A DNA stretch of 58,391 bases from the IMG/VR virus record IMGVR_UViG_3300020580_000002, positions 1 through 58,391 of that record; one strand, given 5' to 3'. The DNA comes from a virus (Duplodnaviria > Caudoviricetes). Shown in pieces: positions 8,489-17,430 of this stretch (the first letter of the stretch is position 1; every line of letters begins with the position of its first letter). The notes under the pieces are model-generated. The model was not told where the DNA came from and did not search any database. It saw only the letters and a list, made by a program, of their open reading frames with translations. Made by a program: the position numbers and the translations under genes.

Positions 8489-8712
8489 GCTGCCACCACC
8501 TTTCGTGCACGGTGCATACCTAACTTATTCCCACACCACCACGGCGTAATGCGATTGCCTTCCACATCGTCAAGGCTCACCATCAGACCAGAGCCATGCG
8601 CATAGCCACAAAAGCAACACTGGCTGTCGCGCAACTCGCCAGTGAACACCTGCCCATGGCGCTTAGCCCCTGGTGCACACATCTCACATACCGAATGTGC
8701 TTCACTGTCCAT
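8485..8712 (-). CDS. Small Cys-containing protein
   Basis: CEMC and CCFC motifs; AGGAG SD. Confidence 0.55.
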   Translation of the reverse strand: MDSEAHSVCEMCAPGAKRHGQVFTGELRDSQCCFCGYAHGSGLMVSLDDVEGNRITPWWCGNKLGMHRARKVVAA

Positions 8713-8720
8713 GTCTGCTC

Positions 8721-10151
8721 CTACTTGAACTGAGCTGCGTAGTGCGTGCTTTTCAGGTACGCATCAATGTTGTGGTACTGCGTAATCCCGACCATTTTGC
8801 ATATGAGCAGACACTCCAGGTTCAGCGTAGGATGATTCTGCTCACCACCCATGCTCGCACCCGTCACCTCCCCATCACTAATCCACACCCTTGGCCTGGC
8901 TTGACGCGCCAGCCACCTGAGCGCAGGCCCATCCACCACATTGGCACCAGGAAACGTAGGCCAGGAGCGCTCAGCAGCATGCCGACCTTCCTTGGCGAGC
9001 ACGGTCAAATGCCCCATGCTCAAGCCCCTGCTGTCATGCTCACCACCACCTGAGTAGACAGCAATGGTTGCCAACGGGCTCCTGCGTAGCAACTCCACCA
9101 ACTGAGCCTCACTGATGCTCATGCTGCCACTCTTGTCGAGCAACACCGTCCCACCAAGGCCGGGCAACTTCGCATGCCACGCCCTGCCGTCCATCGCCGG
9201 AATGAGCGCTCGATGCGGATAGCGAAAGGCACCAATGAAACAAGGGCGATGTCTAAACGAATGCCTGATGGCGCGCTTGGTCATTGACAGTGCACGCTTG
9301 CGCATCTGGCCCCACGGCGGTATATCCATGCCCGACTGGCGCTCACTCTCACTCTTCAACCGTTCGAGCTGCTCACCAGCCGTCTCCATGTCTTTGGTCC
9401 ACGCCAGGGAGCGCATGAAGTCACGTTTCCACTCGCTAGACAGGTGCCTCATGCTATTGAGCCAATTCATCATGTCTCTGCTATTCTCTTTGCGCTTCCC
9501 CTCAGGCACATCACCAGCTCCTGACCGTGGCATGATGGCGCCCTCATCCACAGCGCGCTTGAGGTCAAAGGCATCCTGCACCACCTCTGCCCAGTGTGCG
9601 AGCTGAACAGCATCAAACTGACCAGCAGCAGCACCAGTCGCAGCCTTGGCACCAATCGCTTGTGCCCCCTGCGCTGCTTTCGCTGCTGCAATATTTATCT
9701 CCTTGCTAGCCCTTTGAACCCATGGTGGCAAGTTGTTGGCCAACGATGCCCCAAACGAGCCAATGTACGTCTTAGCCAGATACTCAACCCCATGACTAGC
9801 ATCAGCCACTACTGGTAGCGCCTTCAGCTCAACGCCCCTCGCAGCAGCAAACCCATTCACCGCCGCCATGAACACCGCCTCAACGATGTCCCTTTCAACA
9901 TGCGCCTCACGACACAGGCGCGCATATTCAGCCACCGCTGCTTCTTGCGAATGGCGCAATTGCAGGTTAGCGTACTGCTGAAACCTCAACGCCTCACTAG
10001 CCTCATCATCACCCATGGGGGCAGTGAACGAGCCACCACCCCCATAGCCCACCACCACCCGCGCTGTTGGTGCATTGCTGACGCCCCACGGTCCAGTGCC
10101 ATGCACTGCACTCGGCAGGGCACCCTTCTGATCATCACCTCGCTTAGCCAT
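8721..10151 (-). CDS. VWA-domain protein (MoxR partner)
   Basis: MIDAS LLDKSGSM and WISDG; adjacent to the MoxR ATPase. Confidence 0.8.
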   Translation of the reverse strand: MAKRGDDQKGALPSAVHGTGPWGVSNAPTARVVVGYGGGGSFTAPMGDDEASEALRFQQYANLQLRHSQEAAVAEYARLCREAHVERDIVEAVFMAAVNGFAAARGVELKALPVVADASHGVEYLAKTYIGSFGASLANNLPPWVQRASKEINIAAAKAAQGAQAIGAKAATGAAAGQFDAVQLAHWAEVVQDAFDLKRAVDEGAIMPRSGAGDVPEGKRKENSRDMMNWLNSMRHLSSEWKRDFMRSLAWTKDMETAGEQLERLKSESERQSGMDIPPWGQMRKRALSMTKRAIRHSFRHRPCFIGAFRYPHRALIPAMDGRAWHAKLPGLGGTVLLDKSGSMSISEAQLVELLRRSPLATIAVYSGGGEHDSRGLSMGHLTVLAKEGRHAAERSWPTFPGANVVDGPALRWLARQARPRVWISDGEVTGASMGGEQNHPTLNLECLLICKMVGITQYHNIDAYLKSTHYAAQFK

Positions 10152-10870
10152 CAGGCACCAACCTTCGCCGCAACAGGAGCACCACTCAACTTCAAGGCAG
10201 CCACCACATCTCTGCCCTTGGCGCCAAACGCGACTTTCGCTGCCTCATCACTGTCAACACCAGCCAGCGCCAACCTAGCAAACGTCAGTGCAGCGCGGGG
10301 ACTAATGGCCTTGCTCTCCTGCGCATACGACTTCTTCACCATGGTGCCCAACCCATTCACTTGTGCATTCAGGTGAGCAATGAGCGCAGGATGGGGCACA
10401 CTCACCACAATCACGCACTCAAACCGGTCTGCCAGCGCCGGGTCTAATTCGTCAACACCACTGTTGCTAGTGGCGATGACGGTGAACGTAGCCTTAGGCT
10501 GTACCACTTCGCCAGTAGGCAGAACAATCTGACATACGTCAGGGCTGTCGAGCACCCCCAACATGGCATCCTTGACCGAGCTGCTGGCACGTCCTAGCTC
10601 GTTGACCACAACCAAGCTGCCCTCTCTCAGCGCCGTCGTCAAAGGCCCATCGTGCCACACAAACTCACCACCCTTGGGCACAAAGTGTCCTAGCAACTCC
10701 TGCAACACCACATCCTCAGACAGGGTAATGCTAATCACCTGCTGCTGCTTAGACTTCAGGGCATGCTGCGCCGCATAGGTCTTACCCACCCCCGGCGGAC
10801 CCACCACAAAGATGCGATTCAAATGCCGCACTGCCACTTCCAGTAACTTCCAGTTCGCTTCAGACATCAT
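10151..10870 (-). CDS. MoxR/CbbQ-NorQ family AAA+ ATPase
   Basis: GPPGVGKT, WHDGPL, VVNELGRA, IATSN, LDPALADRF; ATG at 10870 after AAGGGGG. Confidence 0.85.
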   Translation of the reverse strand: MMSEANWKLLEVAVRHLNRIFVVGPPGVGKTYAAQHALKSKQQQVISITLSEDVVLQELLGHFVPKGGEFVWHDGPLTTALREGSLVVVNELGRASSSVKDAMLGVLDSPDVCQIVLPTGEVVQPKATFTVIATSNSGVDELDPALADRFECVIVVSVPHPALIAHLNAQVNGLGTMVKKSYAQESKAISPRAALTFARLALAGVDSDEAAKVAFGAKGRDVVAALKLSGAPVAAKVGA

Positions 10871-11013
10871 CGTCCCCCTTGCGCACCACCTAACACCATG
10901 ATGCTCCCTGCTACTGCTATGGCGGGGGATAGCCATTCTCACCTGTCTGGTGCTTGTCCAGCCAGGCTCCATAGCAGCAGCAGGCAGCACCATCGCGCTG
11001 CCCATTTCAGTGA

Positions 11014-11250
11014 TTAGTTAACGCGACAATGCTGCTCATGCAGGTCCCACCACCGACCATCTGCCTCTACAGCCTTTTGCGGGTCAGGCCACACCTCAGG
11101 ACCAGTCTCACACTCACTACCACAGGGGCATATCATGGTGCACCTGCTTGGAAAGTGTCCATGCTCTTTCCACATGTCACCCCAGGCAGGCTCATACCAA
11201 TCAATGCGCTCAATGAGCGCACCACATTCACATCTGACGGTCAACATCAC
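11014..11250 (-). CDS. Small Cys-rich protein
   Basis: CECG and CPCGSEC; ATGA-type coupling. Confidence 0.55.
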   Translation of the reverse strand: MMLTVRCECGALIERIDWYEPAWGDMWKEHGHFPSRCTMICPCGSECETGPEVWPDPQKAVEADGRWWDLHEQHCRVN

Positions 11251-11657
11251 ACCACCGACCTATCGAGCGACTGACACTCAAGGTGCGCTGACGCCAACCT
11301 CCACCCCAGCGCCACCATCTGAAGGCTAGCGAATATGACAGGCTTACACAGTTCGATACCTTCACCCTGACAAGCCTTCATGTGGTCCAACAACTGATGC
11401 GCCGCCCCATGCATATACGCACCAAACTCACCACCCTCATTGTGCAGGTCCGTGAGGCGCTTCAACTCCACATCGAGCAGGCTACTCAAGCTAGCCACCT
11501 TGTCCTTCTTACCTAACTGCTCATCAGCCTGAATAGCATCGGCCGCATGCTGCGTAGCCGTAGCATTGCGAGCCTGCTCTCCCACCACCGTCTCCACCAC
11601 CGCCGTTGACAGCTTGCGTATATCCAACAGCACCATCTGCGTACCTTCCATAACCAT
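11247..11657 (-). CDS. Helical hypothetical protein, GWxxA family (paralog 1)
   Basis: C-terminal MVALGWRLA; ATG at 11657 after AGGGG. Confidence 0.6.
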   Translation of the reverse strand: MVMEGTQMVLLDIRKLSTAVVETVVGEQARNATATQHAADAIQADEQLGKKDKVASLSSLLDVELKRLTDLHNEGGEFGAYMHGAAHQLLDHMKACQGEGIELCKPVIFASLQMVALGWRLASAHLECQSLDRSVV

Positions 11658-11847
11658 GTTCCCCCTTTCCATGCCGCTCATCAATACTGCGCAGCACGAA
11701 ACTTGTCGAACCACAACGCCCAATCGTGACCATAGGTGCCAAACACCGCACGCCACGTCATCCAAGCAGCCAACATGGTGAGCGCATACGTGAATGCCTC
11801 ACCAGGCTCCATACCACGAGGCGGACCAACATGACGCAAGGGCCACA

Positions 11848-12183
11848 TCACGTCACACTCTGCGCCGCAAGCTGACTCATCCTGCGCTCAGCCAGCTTCC
11901 ACCCCACCATCAAGCACAAAATAGTGAGCTGCACCGCCCCCTTCTCAGCCCCGCCAGGTTGCTTCTGTGCAGCACTCACACCAGCATCAAGGATAGCCCT
12001 GAACTCCCTGCTCCCCTTGATAGCCTCCATGACCGCATTGGGCTCCTCATCCACCTTGCCAGAGCCAACCATGGTCACCATCCACTTCACCAGCTCGTCA
12101 GCGTAGCCATCCACCAGCTCAGCAGTGAAGTTGCCAACGATAGGCAGCATGTTCGCATCACTCCCACCCCAGTCAGCGCTCAT
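11848..12183 (-). CDS. Helical hypothetical protein, GWxxA family (paralog 2)
   Basis: MLPIVGNFT..LMVGWKLA; ends SVT. Confidence 0.7.
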   Translation of the reverse strand: MSADWGGSDANMLPIVGNFTAELVDGYADELVKWMVTMVGSGKVDEEPNAVMEAIKGSREFRAILDAGVSAAQKQPGGAEKGAVQLTILCLMVGWKLAERRMSQLAAQSVT

Positions 12184-12515
12184 GTCACACTCTCCACACC
12201 CTCACTAAGGGCCAGGGCAGCAGCTCTCCACCCCAGCACAAAGGTTAGTATCAGACTCGCGGTCACTGCATCCTGACTACTGCTGCCACGTTCTACCAAC
12301 CCACTCATCATGCGGCTGAACTCATCATTGCGGCCCATTCTCTCTACCGCCCTCTGCAACGACAGCGCAGGTTCACCAGTGGCATCTCTGCTCCCTGCAT
12401 CACAGCTATCCATGATGCTTATGCAGTAGGGCATCAACTCCCTGCCAATCCTGGTCAACACCTCATCCGTCAGCATGCCAAAAGGCAGCATCCTGTCACT
12501 CTCATTCGTACCCAT
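12180..12515 (-). CDS. Helical hypothetical protein, GWxxA family (paralog 3)
   Basis: MLPFGMLT..FVLGWRAA; ends SVT. Confidence 0.7.
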   Translation of the reverse strand: MGTNESDRMLPFGMLTDEVLTRIGRELMPYCISIMDSCDAGSRDATGEPALSLQRAVERMGRNDEFSRMMSGLVERGSSSQDAVTASLILTFVLGWRAAALALSEGVESVT

Positions 12516-12565
12516 CGCAGCACCCCCACATAGCACCACTGTCACTAGGCGCTATGCTGGAAGCA

Positions 12566-13114
12566 CTACTCGTCAGTAGCGACCTCAGTCAACGTCCCCA
12601 TCACCGGTGGCTGCTGCCCCTGCGCAAAGTTATACCAGTAGTAATACCGCCCCTGCGCAGAGCGATACTGATACGTACTCACCACCAGCACCACACTCCA
12701 CTCATTAGCATCAGCATCAGCACATGAATAGTCACTCACTGCCGTTTGCGTCCTGCGATTGATCGTCGCATACGCATAAGTGACACTAGTTGCACCAACC
12801 TGCTGGCACCCACTCAACAGCAACCCATCGAAGTTGAAGTCATACAACGCCTGCGCCGGGTCAGCAGCATAGTGCCTCACCATGCCGCACCAGATGTTGC
12901 TGCCATCCACTGCCTGACCACACACGCTAGACTGCGCCGCCACGCCATCAAACGACGCGAGCGACCGCACCGCATAAAGAGTGCTCAGCCCAGTGTTGAG
13001 CTGCCAACTCAGCGTGAAGGTATGTTGAGTACCTACACTCTGAGCCATCAGCAACGGCACAGCAGCCACAGCCAACAACGCGACAACAGCCACGGACATC
13101 CCCTTGGTTCGCAT
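12566..13114 (-). CDS. Secreted beta-rich protein
   Basis: Sec signal MRTKGMSVAVVALLAVAAVPLLMA-QS; GAGGAGGT SD; 4 Cys. Confidence 0.8.
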   Translation of the reverse strand: MRTKGMSVAVVALLAVAAVPLLMAQSVGTQHTFTLSWQLNTGLSTLYAVRSLASFDGVAAQSSVCGQAVDGSNIWCGMVRHYAADPAQALYDFNFDGLLLSGCQQVGATSVTYAYATINRRTQTAVSDYSCADADANEWSVVLVVSTYQYRSAQGRYYYWYNFAQGQQPPVMGTLTEVATDE

Positions 13115-13160
13115 GTTGTATTACCTCCTCAGTTGATTTGTACTGCTACTGCCCGAACCC

Positions 13161-13424
13161 TCAGTGCAAATCAGCACGCTCGCTTCGCGTACCGTACAGC
13201 CTGTCTCCGTATTGCTTGCCATCCACAAACGTCCTCCAGCATGCATGCCCACAAAAGGCTGGCAGCGCTTTCACCACCCTTTGCGAGAGCTGCACCTCAC
13301 CCGGCACCAACATCCAGAACTGATACAACGTGTCAGGCACCGCGACGCACCCCTCACACTTCTCACCACGCACGTTATCAAAAGCCCTCATGCACTTCGT
13401 CAGTGCCATCACGTTTTCCATCAC
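13161..13424 (-). CDS. Small Cys-containing protein
   Basis: CEGC and FCGHAC motifs. Confidence 0.55.
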   Translation of the reverse strand: MMENVMALTKCMRAFDNVRGEKCEGCVAVPDTLYQFWMLVPGEVQLSQRVVKALPAFCGHACWRTFVDGKQYGDRLYGTRSERADLH

Positions 13425-13566
13425 CCACCATCCTCACCGAAGCTGCGGCAATCGCCTTCGCAACACTCACATCTTCCGTCATAGCCACAAAGTCTCCCTT
13501 GGCATCCAGCACTTCCATGCCATTCACATGCCACGGGAGCCTATCGGCTGCAAGCGCATTTCTCAT
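13378..13566 (-). CDS. Hypothetical protein
   Basis: LPW..IAAA pattern recalled from small phage proteins. Confidence 0.5.
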   Translation of the reverse strand: MRNALAADRLPWHVNGMEVLDAKGDFVAMTEDVSVAKAIAAASVRMVGDGKRDGTDEVHEGF

Positions 13567-13706
13567 GACTCACCACCCTCTCACCACGCATACTCCCCTC
13601 ACCAACCCGACGTTCGCACCATTCTGCTGCGCTGCTCTGCCATCTGACGCTGCTGACCACGCGACCGCAATCAGCCACACAGCCAGCATCACCACATCGC
13701 TCCAGC

Positions 13707-13898
13707 TCATGGCTGCCTCAGGCGATACAGCAGCACCTTCGCCACATCCAGCGCATTCTCTTCGTCGTCTGTCTCAGGTTGAAACAGGTCAACATGCGCT
13801 TGCAGCATGTCAATTAGACAACCCTGCTCCTCTGTGTTCATGACCAGCACATGTACCTTACAGGCCACGCCAGTCTCGTCGAGTATTTCAGTCATCAC
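13707..13898 (-). CDS. Hypothetical protein
   Basis: Coupled to the upstream gene. Confidence 0.55.
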   Translation of the reverse strand: MMTEILDETGVACKVHVLVMNTEEQGCLIDMLQAHVDLFQPETDDEENALDVAKVLLYRLRQP

Positions 13899-14152
13899 GG
13901 TGTCGCCTCCAGATACGCATTAAGCGCCTTCACCAAGCGCTTCACCTGTTCGTCGCTGAGATAGGCAGTAGCATACCCACCCTCAACACCCACCTGAATC
14001 AGGCAGGCATTCTCAAATGCATCACCACGCGCGCCAATCTCACCTTCAGACACATGCACCTCTTCGAGAGGCACCAGTGTCTTGACGGTCTTGTGAAAGT
14101 TAGCCCTGAGCATGGTGCTCATCGCTGTCGTCACCTTCTTCCAACTGCGCAT
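13895..14152 (-). CDS. Hypothetical protein
   Basis: Packed leftward ORF. Confidence 0.6.
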   Translation of the reverse strand: MRSWKKVTTAMSTMLRANFHKTVKTLVPLEEVHVSEGEIGARGDAFENACLIQVGVEGGYATAYLSDEQVKRLVKALNAYLEATP

Positions 14153-14285
14153 CTTCCCGCTCTGTGTCGAAAATCAGTTGACCCTCAGGGCAGAAAGGGT
14201 GCTCACCAAGGCCATCAAACAGAGCGTCAGCGCACCTCTTGCAGCGTTGCGCGTGTTTCTCAAGGTCGGAAACTGTCTCACTCAT
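14100..14285 (-). CDS. Small Cys/His protein
   Basis: HAQRCKRC..FCPEG; GAGGT SD. Confidence 0.55.
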   Translation of the reverse strand: MSETVSDLEKHAQRCKRCADALFDGLGEHPFCPEGQLIFDTEREDAQLEEGDDSDEHHAQG

Positions 14286-14553
14286 AGCAGCACCTCACCA
14301 GGCATACTCGCGTGCATACATCTCAACGTCAAGCACAAAAGGGAACTCCCAATAATACTCATTGCCAACCACCCCAGCGAACCTATACGACTCGGCCGTC
14401 CGGTACCAAATGAACCCAAACCGCATGTCAATCAGCATGTCATCCCCCTTTGAGCACCGCTTAGGACACAACGCGAGCGCAGCACTCACCAAGCGCCTGC
14501 CACAACCTATCAGGCCAGGCGCCAGTCAGGGCTGAGCACCCTTGTGACGAACC

Positions 14554-14811
14554 CTACGCGACGCGATTCTGATACCACTGCACCCCACGCTCAGTGAGCT
14601 TGTAGCAATGGCCCGACTTATCAAGCAGCCCATAGCGGACCAACCCGCTCATGAGTTCTTCGAACTGGTCTAACCTCATGACGGCCTGGAGCGCCGCATA
14701 CATCACCCCACCTGGTGCTCCAATGTCAGGATTGGCCACACTCACCGCCTCAATGACGGCATCTACGATGTTAGCCATCACTTTTGCCTGTTGAGCATTC
14801 GTATTCACCAT
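14554..14811 (-). CDS. Winged-helix-like small protein
   Basis: LVRYGLL..YKLTERG winged-helix C-terminal pattern; GGGGG SD. Confidence 0.7.
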   Translation of the reverse strand: MVNTNAQQAKVMANIVDAVIEAVSVANPDIGAPGGVMYAALQAVMRLDQFEELMSGLVRYGLLDKSGHCYKLTERGVQWYQNRVA

Positions 14812-14824
14812 GTATCCCCCTTTC

Positions 14825-15900
14825 GAATCAATGTGAGAGAGCTAGTGCCCTTTTGCCGCATCATGCTTCACCAGCTCTCCCCAAGGCTGCCTTCGCAGCA
14901 TTCAACCCACCTGTCACATGGGCTCAATGCTGCGAGTGTGTCGTTCCTAGAAACACATGCGGTCTGCGCACTGTAACTCAGCACGCTCCTGAACACACTC
15001 ACAGCCACATAGGGGAATCCGCGCACAGGTATCACCGCTTCTCTACACCGCTGTTCTTGGCTCAGCATCTCAGCACATGCGGGTTGCCACTCGCACACAC
15101 GTCAACGCATCATCGCCGCGACTTGTCGGTTATGAGCTAGCGTCCATTCCTGTACTTGTGCTGAACACCGTAGCCCGTTCTGGAGTGCGTCCGGTAGCGT
15201 TCCTCATGCTTCAACCAACTCCGCATGCGCGAAAACTCGTCCCGGTTATCGGCCTAGCAGGACCACCTGTCTCTCTTTACTCATTGGCAACAACAAGTTA
15301 GACAGGCTGTCATGTGCGCCATCAGCTTGCGGAACTCTCACCTGCGTGAGTTAGTCCAAATCGCATTCCCTTACCCGCGTCACCGCGAGCAGGATTATTC
15401 AAGCACACACTCTCTGCATTGACTCTCCAGTGTGGAGCCTTTGATTCGCCAGGGCAGCCGAGTGGCCACCCATGAACGAATGCTCAACACCATCAGCCGT
15501 TTACGGCCATCGAGTGTCCGTTTGCGCGGGGGTCTTGCTGCATGGTGCCAAGCGCCTAGTCGTGACCGCTTCGCTTGACGGTGTAGTGCGACTGAATCCA
15601 GTCGCGTCCGTCACTCACACAGCAGTTGCCGCTACCATCTTGTCTGCCACCCTCACGGCTTGTCTAGGGCCGTTCACCTTCATGCGCCAAGTCAAGAACG
15701 CACTCCGGCGGTGACGAGTCTCTGTTACCTCACGACGCTCCAACCTACCGCTTCGCCTCACCAGCAATCTAGGCCCTGTGTTGGTCAAAACCCACGACAC
15801 AGGCGGTGATGGTCAAACCCACGTCACCAAGCCAACCATGCCAGCGTACGGCCCACGGGAGCGTGCGAGACAGAGCAAGTACTGGTACTCGCCCTCTCTT
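14825..15900 (-). ncRNA. Candidate large structured non-coding RNA (~1.05 kb)
   Basis: No credible ORF in a gene-dense genome; many hairpins and nested or long-range helices; G-U pairs and GNRA loops read properly on the minus strand. Confidence 0.65.
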
Positions 15901-15917
15901 GCAAACTCACGCGCGCG

Positions 15918-15956
15918 AAAAAGAGAGCAGGAGCAGCACAATCGCCGCCCCTGCTC
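15918..15956 (-). terminator. Intrinsic terminator after 15964-16146
   Basis: GAGCAGGGGCGGCG-ATTG-TGCTGCTCCTGCTC followed by TCTTTTT on the minus strand. Confidence 0.7.
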
Positions 15957-15963
15957 AAGCGTA

Positions 15964-16146
15964 TCATGCTCGCAAGTAAGCATTTACGCCAACAATCAGC
16001 GCCTTGCCCTGAACGTTCAGGCCCGATGGCTGATTGCCATGCGTTGTTGCCACCACTAGCGTCTTTCCAGACTTCGACGCAACGGGCGTCTGCATCTGCA
16101 ACGTGATGGTGATGGTGCCAGCCTTCTCGTCAATGACAGTCTTCAT
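15964..16146 (-). CDS. Conserved small protein (SKSGKT.VVATT.G motif); first gene of the leftward arm
   Basis: GGGGAG SD; followed by a terminator. Confidence 0.8.
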   Translation of the reverse strand: MKTVIDEKAGTITITLQMQTPVASKSGKTLVVATTHGNQPSGLNVQGKALIVGVNAYLRA

Positions 16147-16634
16147 GATGCTTCTCCCCTATGTCGGCCTGCCGACAATGCCGTGCTGGCTAGGTTGGCT
16201 CCCCTGCCAGCGGCGAAAAACGCGAACGCAATGCACCGTGCAAAGCGCTTGCCAAACCGCAAGTCGTTGAAAACAAACGTGCCTAGTACTCTTAGTACTC
16301 GCGAAAGTGACCGTTTTTGTCTTTATATCAAACTGAGAAACGCGGCAATTCGCGGTGAAAACGCCCGCAAGTGTATGAAAACAAACGCGCAAAAAGTGTC
16401 AGTACCAAAACGTCACATTTTGTCTGGTACTACACTGTTGTAAAATAGACACGCGCGCGTACCCTTTTTGCGGCCGCGCGACTCTCGCGTGCGCGTGCGC
16501 GCATGGGTACCCTTACGGTGCTTTCCGAGCCTACGCCTCACTCTAACGGTTACGACGATTTTTTCATCCTGGTGTATGCAAAAAATTTTGGAATGTTCTT
16601 GCAGTACCCCCATCGGGTATGGTATAGAGGTGCT

Positions 16635-16958
16635 ATGCCAAGGTGGCCAGTTCGTACGGTGGTCGAGCGGTTCATGGCGCAGGTCGAGGTAGCAGGAACT
16701 TGTTGGCTATGGAAGGGTAAGCGGCACAAATACAAGGGTTACGGGTACTTTAAGCTGACTACCGGTAAGTCAGGCGGCAAACATATCATCGCTCATCGCT
16801 TTGCGTACATGCAGTTTGTCGGTCCGATACCTGACGATAGACCAGTTTTGGACCACTTGTGCTTAGTGAGAAGGTGCGTTAACCCGTCGCATTTAGAGCC
16901 TGTGACTGTTGCAGAAAATAACCGAAGGGCAGCACGGGTGAGGCATGGGTCAGTCTGA
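16635..16958 (+). CDS. HNH homing endonuclease
   Basis: CWLW.G..GYG..AHRFAY..LDHLC..CVNPSHLEPVT..EN; ATG at 16635 after GAGGT. Confidence 0.9.
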   Translation: MPRWPVRTVVERFMAQVEVAGTCWLWKGKRHKYKGYGYFKLTTGKSGGKHIIAHRFAYMQFVGPIPDDRPVLDHLCLVRRCVNPSHLEPVTVAENNRRAARVRHGSV

Positions 16959-17225
16959 GGTAGGTGCCAATGGGTGGTCGGTGCCGTCCAAGGTCCACCA
17001 GTCGCAAAGCCATTTCGGGTCGACACCGCTGACGTCAGTCTGCTCACTGCGAAATATCTCGCACACCCCAAAGCCGTCAACCTGGCGGGTGTAGAAGTGG
17101 GCACAGTTCTCGCATCGTTGCTCTGAGCCACGAGGCGCTTTGCGATATCCTACCTGCTCAGCACTGAACTTCTCGGGCCGGTCAGCCACCATGTCGTCAT
17201 AGTCCCGTTTGGTGATCTTCGACAT
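16950..17225 (-). CDS. HiPIP-like four-cysteine protein
   Basis: GY..RCENCAHF..CEIF..VDPKWLCDWW resembles HiPIP Cys spacing; GGAGG SD. Confidence 0.65.
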   Translation of the reverse strand: MSKITKRDYDDMVADRPEKFSAEQVGYRKAPRGSEQRCENCAHFYTRQVDGFGVCEIFRSEQTDVSGVDPKWLCDWWTLDGTDHPLAPTSD

Positions 17226-17430
17226 CGCGTGCCTCCAGACCTTCCCTACGCCCTGCGGCATGCTGCTCCTCACCGGTCGACTTCAACAACTCGGTGAGCC
17301 TGCTGTTCACAATGACGTGCAACTCTTTGATAGCGTATTTGTTGTGGATGGAGATGAGCAACGTGAGAATGGAGAGGATGGTCGGTGGCGCCGTCGTGAT
17401 GAGCGCTGCCACCGTTGTGGGTTCAAGCAT
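17197..17430 (-). CDS. Small single-TM protein (holin-like)
   Basis: N-terminal TM followed by ELHVIVNSRLTELL. Confidence 0.6.
   Translation of the reverse strand: MLEPTTVAALITTAPPTILSILTLLISIHNKYAIKELHVIVNSRLTELLKSTGEEQHAAGRREGLEARDVEDHQTGL

Noticed and set aside
12746-13843. 365-aa plus-strand ORF and similar long antisense ORFs (477-1184, 21071-21979, 55352-56311)
   Set aside because: They are antisense shadows of well-supported genes in GC-rich sequence, with low-information translations
14784-15800. Short ORFs listed in the track on both strands
   Set aside because: No SD or translational coupling and no protein-like motifs; better explained as chance ORFs over structured RNA
14825-15900. 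Group I/II intron, tmRNA, RNase P or tRNA cluster
   Set aside because: No interrupted gene, no domain V, no GAGGAAAGUCC, no T-loop GTTCRA or CCA-ended cloverleaf found
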